47,374 nucleotides of DNA from Octopus bimaculoides (taxonomy: Eukaryota), in the NCBI RefSeq assembly GCF_001194135.2, contig NC_068992.1, positions 50,095,248-50,142,621 of the forward strand, written 5' to 3'. Below are positions 44,766 through 47,374 of this stretch, piece after piece (positions within the stretch are counted from its first letter, which is position 1; each line of letters starts with the position of its first letter). A program made the translations under genes and the position numbers. The notes beneath the pieces were generated by a model. That model saw nothing but the letters and a program-made list of their open reading frames with translations, had not been told where the DNA came from and searched no databases.

Positions 44766-45804
44766 CAGAAACTCTATTAATGTAGTCTAGCCTGAAAGAT
44801 TTAAAATTTGTGGACCCTATTTCAAAAATGTTAAAGAGCTTGTCGTAAGGAGATTTGGTTACTATTCTGATCAGGTCAAGACATACTTGCTGGTTTATGT
44901 AGTGTTGGCGTTCTTGTTGTCATTGTTGTTGTTAGCGGTGGTGGTTAGTAATTATATAGGAGGGCAAAACTGTGGGCAGTAGAATAATTAACAGAAAGTA
45001 ATCAACACCGGTAATTTTAAAGACAATTAACATGAACAAGGTGCAATTTGGACCTGATTAAAAACAGCTTAATAACAACTATGAGTCTGAAGCTATATGA
45101 CCAAATTAGTGAGGAATTGGAGATGGTAGTGGAGGTAGTGGAGCTGATGGTACCAATGTGCTAATAATAGAAGTGATGGAGGCAATAGTAGTAGTGGTGA
45201 TGGAGACAATAGTAGTAGTGGTGGTGGAACAATGAAGATAGTAGTAATGCTAAAAAGCAAAATTACTAATATAAACTACATGAATAAAAAACAAGAAGTT
45301 GAATGATAATATATAATATATAATGTGTGTGTGTATAAATATATATATATATATACATACATACACGTATATATATGCACATATACACACACAGAAGGAA
45401 TAGAAAGTAGTGTCTACACACAGCCATACACACATTAGATAGCCAGACAGGCAGACATAGACAGACAGATGGATATCATACTTCTTGTCATAAATACAAA
45501 AAGAAAAGGAAGTATAATTGATATTTAGAAGGGGAAACCGGGTGGGTGAAACTGGGTGGGTGAGGTGGTGTCTCCTTCAAAGTCTTTGTCCAAAATGGTG
45601 AACAGAGGGTATCAAATGTTGAACTTCTGATTATATATATATATATATATACACACACACAAACACAGAGTGAGATTATATATACACACACATATGCGTA
45701 CATATGTGATGGCAGCTAGTTACAGCTAAAGATAATGTTATCAACCAGCTATTGAAAAGGCTTCCGCCCACTGTACGTGCGTGGGTACATATATGTGTGT
45801 GTAT

Positions 45805-46004
45805 TCTTTTATTCTTTTACTTGTTTCAGTCACCTGACTGCGGCCATGCTGGAGCACTGCCTTTATTCGAACAAATCGACCCGAGGACTTATTCTTTGTA
45901 TGCCTAGTACTTTTTCCATCGGACTATTTTGCCGAACCGCTAAGTTACAGGGACGTAAACACACCAACATCAGTTGTCAACTGATGGTGGGGGAACAAAC
46001 ACAG

Positions 46005-46021
<17 letters not shown>
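45805..46021 (-). mobile_element. Young bipartite SINE, C half plus linker, running into a gap
   Basis: CpG-retaining gactgcggccatgctggagcactgcc...aaatcgacccg...gccgaaccgctaagttacagggacgtaaac. Confidence 0.88.
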
Positions 46022-46041
<20 letters not shown>

Positions 46042-46989
46042 NNNNNNNNNNNNNNNNNNNNNNNNNNNNNNNNNNNNNNNNNNNNNNNNNNNNNNNNNNN
46101 NNNNNNNNNNNNNNNNNNNNNNNNNNNNNNNNNNNNNNNNNNNNNNNNNNNNNNNNNNNNNNNNNNNNNNNNNNNNNNNNNNNNNNNNNNNNNNNNNNNN
46201 NNNNNNNNNNNNNNNNNNNNNNNNNNNNNNNNNNNNNNNNNNNNNNNNNNNNNNNNNNNNNNNNNNNNNNNNNNNNNNNNNNNNNNNNNNNNNNNNNNNN
46301 NNNNNNNNNNNNNNNNNNNNNNNNNNNNNNNNNNNNNNNNNNNNNNNNNNNNNNNNNNNNNNNNNNNNNNNNNNNNNNNNNNNNNNNNNNNNNNNNNNNN
46401 NNNNNNNNNNNNNNNNNNNNNNNNNNNNNNNNNNNNNNNNNNNNNNNNNNNNNNNNNNNNNNNNNNNNNNNNNNNNNNNNNNNNNNNNNNNNNNNNNNNN
46501 NNNNNNNNNNNNNNNNNNNNNNNNNNNNNNNNNNNNNNNNNNNNNNNNNNNNNNNNNNNNNNNNNNNNNNNNNNNNNNNNNNNNNNNNNNNNNNNNNNNN
46601 NNNNNNNNNNNNNNNNNNNNNNNNNNNNNNNNNNNNNNNNNNNNNNNNNNNNNNNNNNNNNNNNNNNNNNNNNNNNNNNNNNNNNNNNNNNNNNNNNNNN
46701 NNNNNNNNNNNNNNNNNNNNNNNNNNNNNNNNNNNNNNNNNNNNNNNNNNNNNNNNNNNNNNNNNNNNNNNNNNNNNNNNNNNNNNNNNNNNNNNNNNNN
46801 NNNNNNNNNNNNNNNNNNNNNNNNNNNNNNNNNNNNNNNNNNNNNNNNNNNNNNNNNNNNNNNNNNNNNNNNNNNNNNNNNNNNNNNNNNNNNNNNNNNN
46901 NNNNNNNNNNNNNNNNNNNNNNNNNNNNNNNNNNNNNNNNNNNNNNNNNNNNNNNNNNNNNNNNNNNNNNNNTAGCAGGACTGGTTAGT

Positions 46990-47374
46990 GGACGCTATAG
47001 ACAGTGTAGGTAGAAGGTCAACAGGTGGTTATTTGAGTGTGTGTGTTCGTGTTTGTGTGGGGTTGTAGGTGTTAGGTACGTGTACGTGTGTGGGTGTATT
47101 TTGTATGTGCGCGGGTGTGTATGTGTATGTTTTCTGTGCGTGCGTGTGTTTGTGGGTATGTGCATGTTGTGTGTATGTGCGTTGCTGTGTACGTGTGTGT
47201 GCGTGCGTTTGCTATTGTATATGCGTGTGTTGTTTATGCCCATGTGTGTATGATTGTATGCGTGTCTGTGTGAGTGTGTAGTGTTGGTGAGAAGTGTGTG
47301 TGTGTATGTGGGTGTGTGCGTGTGTCTGTATATGTGTGGATGTGCGTGTGTGTGTGGGATTGTGAGTGTTAGGT
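46990..47374. repeat. Degenerate (GT)n/(GTGC)n low-complexity tract
   Basis: Direct reading. Confidence 0.9.

Noticed and set aside
357-47281. Most ORFs in the supplied track (poly-I, YIYI, CVCV, HTHT, ERER, His/Thr/Pro-rich and X-filled ORFs)
   Set aside because: They are translations of microsatellites, SINEs or N-gaps, with no domain content.

Overview
This is a eukaryotic, AT-rich, repeat-saturated window from a scaffold-level assembly with about 10 N-gaps. The SINE repertoire and the density of (CA)n/(TA)n/(AAT)n/(CAT)n microsatellites point to an octopus (coleoid cephalopod) genome; that is recognition from memory, not a database match. No complete protein-coding gene is visible, and almost all ORFs in the supplied track are artefacts of microsatellites, SINEs or N-runs. 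The sequence supports several tRNA-derived SINE families that share and swap modules. These are family A (Meta/MESC-like central domain), a bipartite family B/C (CORE-like head, internal microsatellite, A-like second half), family D and family E. It also supports 3' ends of RTE-clade LINEs, a decayed non-LTR reverse transcriptase, a decayed Helitron PIF1-type helicase, a hAT MITE with an intact 8-bp TSD, five piggyBac-type (TTAA) MITEs and a 141-bp foldback hairpin. Between the repeats lie islands of unique sequence with splice-site-bounded exon candidates on both strands, a promoter-like ETS-CRE/E-box motif with a splice donor, and clusters of homeodomain-type motifs. The window therefore most likely lies in a large intron or regulatory intergenic region. 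I found no convincing novel biological system. The best leads are the modular SINE architecture, the inverted repeats (possible dsRNA/ADAR substrates), a minus-strand spliced non-coding exon pair with a duplicated acceptor, and a tRNA-like element lacking its anticodon arm. Family letters are my own labels and repeat boundaries are approximate (about 10-20 bp).
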